A DNA stretch of 64,000 nucleotides from Tubiluchus corallicola. Taxonomy: Eukaryota > Animalia > Priapulida. Below, one piece after another: positions 49,799 through 63,440 of this stretch. How positions within the stretch are numbered: the first letter of the stretch is position 1; the number at the start of each line of letters is the position of its first letter. Below the pieces are notes generated by a model, which made no database searches, had not been told where the DNA came from, and worked only from the letters and a program-made list of their open reading frames with translations. The translations under genes and the position numbers were made by a program. The stretch is from positions 62,001 through 126,000 of the forward strand of contig JAQGDQ010000521.1 of the NCBI GenBank assembly GCA_030141605.1, in the 5' to 3' direction.

Positions 49799-50559
49799 GT
49801 GAGTTTACCAACTTTGTACTTTTACACGACAAATATATGCACATGACTTTGTGACACGTTTCAGTCCTGTCTTCTCAAATAATTTACTGGCAGTTAGTCA
49901 TGATGTTTTTCAAGGTATACTTTCAAGCTGATTTGCCATTTGTCCCTTGGACTGCTATTCCAAGTACTTCCCACTTGTCATTCTTTGTTGTACTGTAAAT
50001 GCTACTGAATTAATTTTTAATGAGGTCCATATAAGTTGTGGAAGTTGCGCCAGCCATATCTCTTGATTCTTTTCCACTAATCAAAAAGCATCGAGGATTG
50101 GATAATCACTGGGCCAGAGTTGTTTTAGACTAGTTCCAGAGCTTCTGAGTTTTTAAGAAGGCACAAGTGGACCAATGGTACTAACATATATATTGCTAAT
50201 AGCATTGTCACTAGCTTTTATTCTACAGTATATTAATTAAACACTGCACGCATATGGTAAAGCAGCAACCTAAAAAAAAGTTAATATGCAAATTTTTGTT
50301 TGATGATATATAAATATGTTAATGTAAAATTTTTCTGTCTTCAAAATTGTTTTGTAAAATTTTTCTGTTTTCAAAATTGTTTTATTTGCAAATAATAATT
50401 TCATTGATATGCCAATTTATGATGTTGAAGAAGAATACGGATATTCTTGGATAGCTTCTAAAATGCATATTGTGGCATTTTGTACTGGCACTCATTGTTG
50501 AAGTATGTATGTCTAACTTACAAGTATGTACAAGTGTCAATAACTGTTCATTTTTATAG

Positions 50560-50841
50560 GGTATCACTGAAGAGGAACAATACCCATGGTGGGCTACTGC
50601 CATCTGCATTGTGATAGTCCTTGCAGGCATGATGCCCATCCCAACAGTTGCCATACTTCGCTTTTTCAATATCATGAAAGTGGAAACGGATATTCCGATG
50701 AGTGTGAAGAAGCTGAACACGACGCCTTCAACAACGGCCATGATTGGGAGAAATGCTATTAATCATGATAACGGTGATGACAATGCTTCGCTCGACTCCG
50801 GCCACAATTCTGAGGTAGATTTATCCCAGGTTGCATGGTAG
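50560..50841 (+). CDS. SLC6 B0AT-type transporter, exon 9 (terminal)
   Basis: GITEEEQYPWWATAICIVIVLAGMMPIP (TM12) through to TAG at 50839-50841. Confidence 0.88.
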   Translation, partial: GITEEEQYPWWATAICIVIVLAGMMPIPTVAILRFFNIMKVETDIPMSVKKLNTTPSTTAMIGRNAINHDNGDDNASLDSGHNSEVDLSQVAW

Positions 50842-53800
50842 TCAGTCGAGATATTATGCATGGTATTTGGCAGTTGTGCCTGCTTGAAGTAACACCATGT
50901 ATTGACGGACCTGTTGAAAGAAGAGCTTAAGCTACTAGCATAGTTGTTAATCAGATGACAAACATTTGGTAGAAATGAGTTTTTTGAAAGTTGTGCTTGG
51001 TTATCAAAGCTAAGTAATTCCAAACTTAGTCATGCATTAGTCATTGGTGGAAAAACTGCATCTGAGCAGTTTCACCTGCCGTACTGCTTCCGGGTATTTG
51101 GAAACTGTATGTGATAAACACAATTCTAGCGGTTTTTTGTATTATCTTGGAGAATTATATTTGGTAGGCCCTAATGAGCCAAATCCCGGTCATGCTACAT
51201 ATATTCGACATTAGTAGTATGATTTGGTCGTTAAGCAGAAATGCATATAAAAATCAAACTTAGTTGATGACCTCCTGGGTTTTTATATCATTGCATGTTT
51301 CTTTTCTATTTCTTCAGGAATGCAAAGAAACTAATATGATTGTTAATTTCTCTTTTATACATCACTAATGGTTTGATTGGTAGTGTATAAATCTAATGCG
51401 TTGATTAAAGTTTTTAGTTTTTGAAGTCTATTAAAAGCATTAACAGTGTTTTCTTTTGCAAATTTGCCAATAACAGTTTGTGTTGCACATCAAATTTGTC
51501 TGCTTTCAGTTGATTGTGTAAAGCTAATGAGTCATTACTGGAGCTGGATTACTTTACATGTAAGATGCATGTTTCAGCATTTTTGTGTTTCCTAAAATTG
51601 TGTTGATGCACTTTGATGTTCTTTGAGGGCAAATTTGAATAGACATGAAGTTTTCAGGGGACAAAAACTTAAATATTTATTATACATATCAGTATTTTCC
51701 CTAAGGGTATTTGCTAGTGAAAAAAAGTTTGGCAACGACCTACATACTACATTTATAGTCAACTGATCCACAGTGCAGTTGGTGTGCTGTCCTCCCTTCA
51801 TTGTCGAATTATGCTTGTCCAGCACGTTGGTCTGTTTTCTTGCTTTCCAGACATATCTGATTGATTTACCTGGTTATTTATGATTTTCATTGTGTAATGA
51901 GTGTTTTACTTAATCATATTGTCCATATGTGGAACCTTTTATTTTTTTATTTAAAATGTGGAGAATAACAATGCATTGCTAGAAGAATTTATGTTAGGAT
52001 GATTGCAAAACAGTGCAAACTTGTTGATACTTAGTTTGATGTGGTAAGCCTCATTTGTGCGTGTACATTGCATGAATTGGTTATAGCATGCTTTTTTGCA
52101 TCTGCATTCATATTGTAATTTGATACACTTGAACAGCATGCCATTGTGGCCACCACCATTAATTCCTTTTTTACACATAGTCTGAGTTATTATTCTCTGT
52201 TTGGCGAATCATTTTTTTTTTTTGCAATTAACTGTATGCAGTTATAGTACTAAGTTAAATATGGCATAGTATGTGGATTAATGCAGTAATTTAAAGGTGC
52301 TCTTATAAATTTCGACGCTTGATTCTTATGCCAGTAGTAGTAAAATACCAATTAAGTTTTCTTGAAAAAATTTGTCTGACTTTCAAACAAGGCGGTACTG
52401 TTCCATGTTCCAAGTTTGTTTAATTAAAATTGAACGAGTGAATTAACTACGTTTTGTTATTAATTTTGCAGCCATTGTAGGTCAAAGAGTTCACATTATC
52501 TGGTCATGGATAAAGATTGGTGTAGTTAGGCTGGTTATGCTGTCACCATGTGCCGGATTTGCAGGAACAAATCCTAAACCAGTTGTTAGAAGTTTAGGGC
52601 AATTAACAATTACGTAATATTAGTAAAATAATCCCATTTTTTACATAAAATATGAAAAAGACCGTAACATTTGTGACTCCTCGTGTTGAACATAGTGATA
52701 ATGGGCATTGCCAGTAATATGCACAATTTTAGTGGATACTAAATATACTGGAACTTAGGTAGTATAAATTTGTTGAATGCTACCTTAACTGACCACCAAA
52801 CAGGCAAACCTGCTCTCGAGTTCAAGGGGTCAATTTAAAATAAAAGAGCTTTACAGTACTACATTATCGTCGCAGCAAATGAATTTTTGAGTTTTCTATT
52901 TTGCTATAATGTTTACGATTGTAAATGAATCAGCAAAGGCATGTTGTCTGTTTCGAGCAAAATATATACATTGAGACTTGCCTTGTGAAAACTGATTTCA
53001 TTACTAATATTTACGTATTAGAAAAAGTATTACAAAAGGTGTATATGTGACTCTGTGTGCTTGCGGTGGTATAGGATAGCCTTAAAACTTTTGACATCTT
53101 TTATATAATACCTAAGCTTATCATGTTTATTGCAATACTTGAAATTTAAATATGTACAGTAAATTACGTCTGAAAGCATACTGCATTTAGAGCTGTGTTA
53201 ATGGACACCGGTTCACCAAATGCTGATTAATTGCAATTAATGCTAAACGCTCATGTAAATAAGGTTCCTGCTATTGCTTTTTGTTTTTGTTAATTGATTT
53301 TTTTCAGATTTTTATTTTTACGTAATCCTGGCAATGGGCATTAGTGTAGTTATTCTGTGTATTATTGTCAGCTGGCCTATTTTGTCTTCCTCCTTGTGCT
53401 GTAGATGTGTTATTCATGTAGCATGCATGTATTGTACATACTACTGAAAGTCCTTTACAGCTTATTCTACAAAGGCAACTGTAAATCCCTCTTCAGATGG
53501 TTTGAAAGAACACCACATAAGTTTTGAACAAACACTTCCATTTGAACATAATAGAACAAATATACAATGGGCTGCCATTTCATTCTCTAATTAGTCTGAC
53601 AACTGTTTTAATCTAGTCAGCCATCTTGAGTGAACCAATGCAATTTGCTGGTGGTACAACAATTATTATCTTTTTGAGTATTTACCTCTAAAATTGGTAC
53701 CAAATTCTTATGCTTGCTAGAAGAGGATTCGAGTCGCAAGTAAATGTCAATAGTTGTCACTTTTTCAGCGGGTAATGCATTTTTCTTTTTTAATGTTCAT

Positions 53801-56800
53801 TTACAGTCATTCATTCATTCATGTTCGTAAGTGGTGCACACTTTGTATAGAGTATAATTAATGGCTCGGTGCCACTCATACGTGCCCGTCTCTAGAAGAG
53901 GATAAATAATTCACAAAATGTTTCTTTGGTTGCTAAAATGCAGAAAGTCTATGAAAATTTTAAATTATGCTGAGAAATAAAGGCTCAGCTAATTTGGATT
54001 ATTTGTTGACTCTTGTAATTCACACAAAAAATTAATGAAATTAAGTAGATGGAAATGTATGTTTTGCTATCAAGTTTATGAAATTTAAGCAGAACAGAAC
54101 TCTCTATTTCATGATCAGAGTTAGCTAACCTTCGTAACAACACTTCCAATTGAAATATCAGCAGGGTGTAAATATTCAGTGTAAACTTTGCTTTATTAAA
54201 TTGTTCCAAGATTAATTAAGTAATAGTGAAGAATTGTGCTATACCTGTATTGAAGATCATGTATTACTAACTGTAGCATCTTAACTATACTGTAGTATCT
54301 TGTGCGGTCACGTGGAATTGATAAAAATCAAATGTCAGTGCCATTTCAATGCAAAACCGTACCTGTAGCTTCCTTTATAAAAATAATTATTGATACTACT
54401 AACTGTTATTTGACTTATGTGTGAATTTTAGTAAGTTTAATACCCCGGTATACATTAATTAGTACTGTTAATCTTATTGTTGAAGTTTTTACTGAGGAAG
54501 CAAAATCAGTATTTCATTTTGTTGTTAAATTTCATTGCTGTTTATTTTCAAATAATACGTTGGTTGATTTATTTTCATTAAAAGTTGCATAATAATTATG
54601 TTGTTGTATCATAATGTCATGTTAATAAAGGAGCTACTTTTTAACTTAAGTGACTTGAGCTACTTATTTGAACTGATTTACTTTGACAGTAATTGATTTC
54701 GCAAAAATAGGTAAATCACATTCTGTCAGTTGTATGCGCAAAAAAGATTTCATACGGTGTTGGCTGATACCGCCAGTAAAAATTGCCAAACCTCATAACG
54801 CCCGCATGTATAATGCCAACCTCGCTTAATGCCGATAGTTTTGGCAAAACATACTTATATGGAGTAATATTGTATTAATGCACCTCATTTTAATGAAAAA
54901 AACTCGCTTAACTTTTTTGCAATCTCAAAGCAGGTGGTATAAGGAGGTTTTGATTGTATCTCATAATGTCTTATTCAACACAGGTAGTATATGAATGCTT
55001 GTTATTAAGTCAAACAAAAAACAATATAACACACAGCTGAAGTAAACATTATACCATTATTATATATTTTCCAAAAATAGTACAATAATATATGAATATG
55101 CCAATTTAACTTTAGTTCTCAGCATTACAACACAGCACCCTTGCTAGCTTTAGTTAGACACTAAAATGTCAAAGTCGTGACACACACATACTGATGTCAT
55201 CATTTATGGTTAATGACAGCAAGTGCCATGCATGCATGACTTACTGAACAAACTGTTACCATTTGTTACAGTCAAGATACGTACACACTGATGTTACCTT
55301 GTTTACTGACACATTGTACACCTGTACTACATCTGCGTGGAAAGTCAATGTTAACTGTCACCGCTTGGCGGGGGGGTTACTGACACCATGTGTCACTGCA
55401 TGCATGACTTACTGACATTGAAGTGTCACCATTTGCACGACACACACCAGACTGCTGCGTGTACACATCGAATTAGATTATAAGTGACAAAATTACAGTG
55501 CACATACTGCATTCCACAAACTAATGGGGCTGGTCAAGGACCGATTCAACCACTTGATGTTTTCCATTGTGGTTCCACCTATACTAATCGGGCCTTGACA
55601 GTGATCAGAACTGCAACTTTAAACTAGATCAATAATCTGGGATTATGTAGACTTGCCCAAAAACGGCTAAATGGCTCACAAACGACCATAAAATACTAAG
55701 AAATTCCACATAAACAAAAATATAAGATCAAATTCCAAATAAGGCAACTAGGAATTACAATATGGAAGCAATACTGATTAATGTGCAGACTTGTTGCGCT
55801 GCTGTGTCAGTCCACTCCAAAATTCAGAGTGTAAAAGCGTGATGCCAAACAAAACACGTCGACAATATTGCCACACGGCAGACGCAACAAGTCACAGCTG
55901 TCTCATCACAATTCTAGTAAATTAGTCTCAAAAACAACACCCCGTGAAAAATATATTTTAGAAATATGCAACATCGTGGTAAAGTGCCACAGTATGCCAT
56001 TTGCAGAAGATGCACAAAGCACATTCACCAGAGTAAGCAATCAGCAAATAAAGATTAAAGCTGCTATCGTCAGTGTAGCTATTATACAAGCTACCTACTG
56101 AACACTGGAGCACCATCGCCACGATGTTTTTTGCATGTTAGCTATTATGATCAGTACAATGTTTATACTACGAATTTTTATCCAGCAGCACTAACAACAA
56201 TCACAGACACAAATAGAACACACTATTAAAGTGTATAATCATAGCAATGGGATGATTATTAACCTTTACATATCACGTACACTAATTGCCGTGTGTGAAA
56301 ATCCACGGTAGCTGTGAAGCCTATCAAAAATGGGCAACTTGAACTAACAGAACCACGTGAATTTGATTTACTGAAATTTGTTGTTAACAATGCTCTCGAT
56401 GATGTCTGCAATAATCATTATTCATAAGAGTTTTAGCTGAAACAGGAAGTACAGAATAACTGTGTTTAATGTAGTCACGCCAACAGAATTAAACGAATTT
56501 GTTTTACTTATGCAACAAAAAGAGAAACATTTTGCCACAAAAGTACTGCTGTAAACTCACCAGAACATTCTAATATAGGTGCGACATTTTGTCCAGAGAA
56601 TTTAATAAAATTGAAAACATTTGTACTGATTGACTTTCCTTGCATGCTCCAAAAGCAATTCTAGTATTTGACAACACTGAAACAGCACCATTAAAATGCC
56701 ACAGAAATTAAAAATCACTAGCGTCATGCATAAAACATTGCACATTATATCGTTCTATTGAACAAGCTACTGCCTGAGCAGTTACTTGAGGGTGACATTT

Positions 56801-58104
56801 AGTGTTTAGTGTACAAAATACACGGGGGAGACAGTAAACAATCTTACATCTTTAACTAAATGAAGATGAAACCAATACCGAACTAAGTGTTTTACCATGT
56901 GCTAATAGAAATTTACGTATGGGGTGAGATATTACTGCTGCTAGATAATTATTGCTAAAACCTATGCTTGCGTGACAGACCCAAGTAATACCAGCAATGC
57001 CACAGTGAAAGAAACTCTATACATGGGATACAGCTTTAAGAAAATGTAGCAAATTTTGCTGCTTCACTTCTCTAGCATCATCTAGCTTCTCTAATCCACT
57101 GCATAGATCATCAAAAATATAACACTGTCATAAATAACTATTGACCATCCAGGTAGCTATCTCCGATATTTCAGAGGTAATATAAACACAATTTTTTTAA
57201 TATACATAAAATTGGTTATCTCATAATATAGAATAACACGAAAGCAGTTAACACGTTGGTTAGATAATTCAATAAGTGAACAGAAATGTCTATCTGCTAT
57301 ATTAAAACAATTGTAAATGAAAACAAAAATAAACACAATAACACGGTGCAGAGCAAATATACGCTGCTATATAAATTGGAATTATCAATTATTTTGACTA
57401 AATGAGCAAACGTGAAAACAGCAACACAGAATATTAAAAGCTCAATTTTGAAATAAAGCTTTGGCTGTATGAAATACACAAGTAAATATATAATATAATA
57501 GGCACTTTTACCCAAACTCTATCCGAGACAGACTACTCACCCGGCTACAGCTTGATTAAACACTAATCAATAACTAATCAATATGCGATATCATTAGAAA
57601 AAATAACATTGCAAAATATTATTAAATATAATTGTATATGAAAAGTGTTCGTGAATAGAAAAGTCTTCAAAAATAATAATAATATTATGAATGAAAAACA
57701 CGTTTTTGTCATTTTCAACGATTCAGTGACAATTTATCTTGCTGGTAACAGCAGCTTGTATTATTTTTTCTAGCTTAAATGTTTAAATTATGCTACAAAT
57801 GTTTTTATTACTTTGTCCAACAACAGGAAATTGTAATCAAAACATAATAAATATCCCACTTGTAATAATTTTCTAGAAAAGTTGACAAATTCAACTCTAA
57901 AGCTTAAGATAACGAATTTTCAACACAAACTGACAACAGCATGCAAAAATAAAAACTTCTTGTAACTTATTATAAGTACGCATGTTAACAAGCTATAATG
58001 CGTCTGCAGCTAAATGATAAATTTTCCAAAAGACCCAGTCTCTGGGTTTACTAAAACTAAAAATTAAGTGGTAAATTTCAAAAATATTCAAGTAGCAATA
58101 AATT

Positions 58105-58386
58105 TATTTGAAAAAAACGAAGGCCAGCTGCTTAACAAAAGAAAAGAGGACAACTAAAATGAAGAAAATCTTCAGGATTACTGCCTCATACCTGCTTAGA
58201 AACATTCTTTATCTAAAATATGTAGGTAGCCTATTCAAATAATTATTTTACTTAAAACAGAAACTTACGAGTTACAAACAACGAATGTTTCTAAGCATGC
58301 AGAAGATGCAGTAATCTTGAACATTTTTACTTTTGTACTCCTGTTTTCCTCGTTAACTGACTTGCCTTGCATTTTTTAAAAATATC
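58105..58386. repeat. Long imperfect inverted repeat (probable old MITE) downstream of the mei-P26 stop codon
   Basis: TGCTTAGAAACATTC (58193-58207) is the exact reverse complement of 58283-58297; TTCAGGATTACTGC pairs with GCAGTAATCTTGAA with 1 mismatch; looser pairing extends outward. Confidence 0.8.
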
Positions 58387-59862
58387 GTTAACATTTATTT
58401 TTGTAAGTACAGGGTAAAAATTGTCCTTATCGTATTGTAAGGCCATTAATGCATACAAAAATTTAAATGAAAAAAAGGTTCATCCAAAATTAAACTGCTG
58501 CAAAACATACGCCTTCCATTTTCCCTGTACGTTTGATATTACTCCATACTTTATAAATTAAGCGAAATTAAGTGCCCTAGAATCGATGATACTGATACCA
58601 TTCATCTACGATAAGTCAAACCAAACATTTAAGCTAAACTTGTTACGGTAAACTACCATTAAAATTGTAATAGTCACCTGATAATGCGCTCCACCTTAAC
58701 AGAACGTAAAGACTACAGTTAGCACTGACATTATTGCACATTAATTAATCAATAATTATAATAATTATAATAATTAGTTTGGCTCGCTAGTGAATCTCCG
58801 AAAATGAAGAATCCAAACTAAATTAAATCTAGTATATAATAATAAATGAAAATACAATGGACAGGCCAAAACATGCCTAAATTCTGAGTATATATAACAC
58901 GTATAATGATAGGAAACACATTAAAGGTGATACATAGACATAAACGTAAACAAAAATAACAATCGCATCTTGCAGATTAGTTTGCATAACGCAAGGTCGG
59001 TTTATTTTTTTCCGAAAAAGCCAATTATAAGAAAGGCACTTAATCAAAAAAAGAAAGAGAAAAACTTGCATGCTAAAATACATTAAACTCGAACTCTCTC
59101 GCACTCTATAAAACTCAAAATCAACCCCGTCGTGTCGAGAGTTCTAAATACGTTTGCTTGTGAAAATGAACAAAAACTAAACATTATCAATAATATAAAC
59201 TGCGTTCCGGCTTTAAAGGAATCAATTCGGTTAGGTAAAACTCGCTCAAAAGGGAGCAGTTTCCAATACGGTCGTGTTGAATTTGTGAGAATGTAGCGTT
59301 TCGATAGAAAAACGTAAATCGAATGAGACTGAAAAACATTATCACTAGCTTTATACTTGTCGGAATAAAAATAAACACATACGTACAGATAATGTATATA
59401 AATCATTGTAAAATAACTCTTGACTAAATACCATCGTAATAAAGTTGGTAAAATTTAAGAAACAAAACCCCGTCAAAAACGGTCTCGGGCAGAAATAAGT
59501 ATAAATGCTAATATTAAGGATGATCACAAAGTCTTGTACACGCTGGACGTTTTACTCACGTTACTGGAGTTAACATTGAGCTACATAATAATAGTAAAGA
59601 AAACAAAGCACCCGTGCCGAGCGAATGCTTTGAAACATAGCACCTATGTTTTAAATAGTATGTGGAATTGAAAAAAACAAAACAAAACAAGCGGAACCGA
59701 GGTATCCAGGTTCCGACTTAAATCCGATTTCAAAAAAACAATCAAATGAATTGATTAAATCACCTACATGATCAGAAAGCAATCGATACAAGAATGAACA
59801 CATGCAATAGTGACCGATAAATATCTAAACAGCAAACGCATCCACACAGAGCAGCAGTCAAC

Positions 59863-60673
59863 TTACATGATGTACAGCGTGTTCAACACAAGTACGTGGT
59901 GGTTGTTTTTGGCCAAGGTAACAATATAGCCTTCCGAAGTGATCTTCAATCCGCAACAGCGACTTACTTTAACGTACGGACATTCAAACTCAGACAAAAT
60001 TGATCCATCGCGATGAAACACGGCAACGTGAAAACGGTTGCCATGGGAATCACCGACCAACACATCTCCAGCGTCGCTGATATCAATACCATTGGGAAAG
60101 CAAGTGATGTTTTCACATCCAATGCGGCGAAGGAAATGGCCTTCCTCATCAAAGACGACGACGCAGTGGCCCTTGAAGTCGCAGACGTAGTATTCTTTAC
60201 CACTGATAGCAATATCTGATGGTTCTCTCATGTAGTCACTGCAGTCAAACCATTTCAGTAAATCCCCGACCTCTGATATGCGAAATACGGTAGGTGACAC
60301 ACTGTCCACGGCAACGATGTGTCCCTGGTGAGTGATCGCCAAGCCAGCTACAATGTCGATGTATCGGATTGCTATCTTCTTGATAAAATGGCCGTTCTTC
60401 GTGAAGATCTGCATGCGGGAGCGTTCATTCCCACGGTCACAGACGACAAACTTACCTGAACTTCGTATCACTGCGACTTTTCGAGGATACCACAATTGCC
60501 CCTCTTCTCGTCCCGGGATGCCAAACTGATACTTGAACTCACCAGTTTTCTCAAACACCTGAACACGATGATTGTTAGTATCGGCAACTATGATGTCTTC
60601 ATCAGTACCAAGACAAAATCCATGTGGGGAATTGAACTGGGTCTTACCAGGTCCAAGCTGACCAAACTTACAC
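59863..60673 (-). CDS. mei-P26: TRIM-NHL protein mei-P26/NHL-2 orthologue, terminal exon encoding the NHL beta-propeller
   Basis: DIVAGLA...[10 protein letters not shown]...[16 protein letters not shown]...CDFKGHCV...FPNGIDIS...[11 protein letters not shown]...[30 protein letters not shown] matches mei-P26 rather than Brat; acceptor at 60674-60675. Confidence 0.93.
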
Positions 60674-60793
60674 CTGTGTAATAGTAAATACAAAGGCATT
60701 TCAGTCACACAGATCGCTATTGCAAAAATAAGTGCCATACCTAGCAACTACAACAGCACAGAAGCCACTGGTAGCAACAATAGTATTATTTAC

Positions 60794-60887
60794 CTTATTT
60801 GCATAGTATTTAGCTTCCCTGATGTTGCACGAACGGGTACATTAGGATTTATCCCGCCAGGACCATTAAAATTTCCACCTGGAAATC
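60794..60887 (-). CDS. mei-P26: mei-P26-like, penultimate exon
   Basis: FPGGNFNGPGGINPNVPVRATSGKLNTMQI(R); ttgcag acceptor; phases join both neighbours. Confidence 0.85.
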
Positions 60888-62296
60888 CTGCAAAACATTT
60901 GTTGTTATAAGAAATGCAAGAAAGCATATGAAAACCCTCACTAGGTTGAAAGCATATGAAAACCTGATGAATATCAAAGTTACACTCCATATGCTAAAAA
61001 CAAAACAGTTGCAGGATTGCATGTTGCATGCTTTTCAAACTTTAGCAGGTCAAATGATACTTGCAGAAAAACCAACTCCTAAGTTAAGACAAGGCAGATG
61101 CTGGCGCAGAGTGTTTTGTAAGTTTTTCACAATAATAGGATAGCACGTTCAGGTTGTTGTTTATTTATTTTTTGCCAAATTGATTTTTCTGCTCACTAAA
61201 TAACAAATAAGTCAGAACTTTCTATATCAGTACACACAGGGTGTGATTTAATTTTAAAAGTGTGCAGCAAGTTGCTGCACAGCTGACCTTAAGCCAGTGA
61301 TACCAATTTCTCCCAAATGGGTCCCGTGCCTCAGAGGCCTCATACTAGAGAGTAGGGCATATATGCATCTATGCTTGTTAGTATATATCGGCAAATATGC
61401 TATGCATTTTCGGCTGTTATGCTGTCAGTATACACGTGCCACATGGCAGATAAGTCATTGTATGCAACGACAACTAATATAACAGAGCACTTAACCAGCA
61501 AAAATCAGCCAGTTGTTGAATTGTGTGTAAAAATATCGAAACACTAACCGTATATATTTTAGTCAAATATATTTGTATTATGTCTGTTTCCTTTTGCATT
61601 TTTATGCTTAAAAACCAGTGTCACTTGATGCCAGTTTTATACGGCAGAGAGCTCTGTGGCAAAATATAAAGTAGCCCATATTCAAACAGCTGGGTGGTGT
61701 ACACAAAGTATTTTTACTTTTAATTTCACATTTGTTAATACGCACTTTGAAGTGGTGATCTACACATTTTGTTTGTTACTTGTCGGGCTTAAAAATTTAG
61801 CTGTTTGGTTCATTAATTCATACACACTGCAATTTTTAAGAACACGTTTTAATTGCTTACCATTCTGTCATAGTAATACAAAACCTATAACAGCATATTT
61901 TCACGATTTTACAGACTTTAGCTGGGAACCTGGGGCTCATCAAAATTCTTCCAGTAGGCACACCCTAAGGCCGGCTCTGGATTACTGCACAAGGTTTAAT
62001 GCATACAAACATGACCTGTCACACATAACAGAATCTATTACAAAGTAAAAATTGGGGAAAATTCTGACTGGATGTTACTCATATAACAAGATATAACAGA
62101 GTTATAATTAGAGATATTTTCCGCCACCGTCTTAAAAACACAGATCTTAAACGCTTTTTGAAGAGCTGAAGTCTGCTGCGGTAATACTGCTTTTTTCTTC
62201 CCTGGGGATCGGAGTAGCCATTGCCAACAAGGCTTTTGCTCTGATGCGAACAACTATCCCTGAAGACAACATAAGTAAACATAGTAAGTAACATAC

Positions 62297-62419
62297 CTGG
62301 CGTCGGCTGAGACAGGAAATTCGCCATTGATGTGTTGTTCAAATTAAGGATATTCATGTCCATATTTGTAAGTGTATTGATTTGATCAAGAGGAGAACTC
62401 TTCCCACTGCTCATAAGAC
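62297..62419 (-). CDS. mei-P26: mei-P26-like, internal low-complexity exon
   Basis: LMSSGKSSPLDQINTLTNMDMNILNLNNTSMANFLSQPTP; ttttag acceptor, GTATGT donor, phase 1/1. Confidence 0.8.
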
Positions 62420-62907
62420 CTAAAAAACATATATCTCTATAACTAGGTCAACACCAATCAGCAGATGGCCATCTCCCTCAGTTTAAATACAGTCGACTAG
62501 GAAGTGATCTTCTAAAAAAAGCTTAAATGAATTAATCTACATGGGACTCAACAATGTAATGCCTTTCTACTATTATTTGTTTCTTTTTAAAAGAAATGCC
62601 GCACTCTAAGAAAAAGTAAATTCGTTGTTTGATGGAATAGGCTTGATCACCAAGTTCAAAACTAGGATCTAAATACCAACAGAAAAGTTTTTCAAATTGC
62701 AGGTAGGTAAAGCAGCCAACAAAAACTAAAGGTTATCACAAATTTTGTTTGTTAAAGGAAAGGTATCCTTTTTTGTGGCTTTTCATTAATCCCATCATCG
62801 TTATAATCGTCGTCGTCATCATCATCGCCATCATGAACATCATTGTTACCACTGTCATAATCACTACCATCATTAACAGTCTATACGTATGTTAAAATAC
62901 AACTTAC

Positions 62908-63120
62908 TTCCAGTTCCAACTAACCCGGTTGAAGTATTGAGAGCAGCGGCTGTATTCAGCAGATTAAGGATGTCAGCAGAAGGAGGCAGTCCAAGAGGAG
63001 CCTGGCTTTGTGCTGGAAATCCTAAACTAGTGCCTCCAGCAGAAACACCCAGCTGAGACAAGCCGGAAACATTGTTCACTGTCAGTCCAGGAATCACCTG
63101 ACCATTGATTGTTATCAGAC
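62908..63120 (-). CDS. mei-P26: mei-P26-like, internal exon (gene continues beyond the window end)
   Basis: LITINGQVIPGLTVNN...PPSADILNLLNTAAALNTSTGLVGTG; ttttcag acceptor, GTAAGT donor, phase 1/1. Confidence 0.8.
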
Positions 63121-63440
63121 CTGAAAATAAAACAATATCCTCTTAGAGGCGAGTAGAACTAGGCAGCTAAAGGAAAATAAAGTAACGATAAGTATGGTCA
63201 ATAAAATTCTGATCAGTTAAACTAAAACACCTGCCTATGATTTTCTGGGGCAGTACCGACGTAGTGGTATTCTATGACAGTACGTTTGTAAAAAATTCGA
63301 AGCAGATTGAATTCTTCTACAGTATAACATAGTGAAATTGAATCATAATCTTTTACTTTCTTTCTTAAAACAAGTGCTACACTAATTAGAATGCATGTTT
63401 TCATACCCCTTGATAATTTCAGTATAAAATTATCCATTAT

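Noticed and set aside
54770-54915. Possible pogo/Tigger-like terminal fragment (ctcgcttaa motifs)
   Set aside because: No matching second end or TSD could be identified by eye.
60674-60747. Signal-peptide-like N-terminus of the 294-aa NHL ORF
   Set aside because: Intron sequence that happens to be open; the real frame is spliced from 60794 to 60673.
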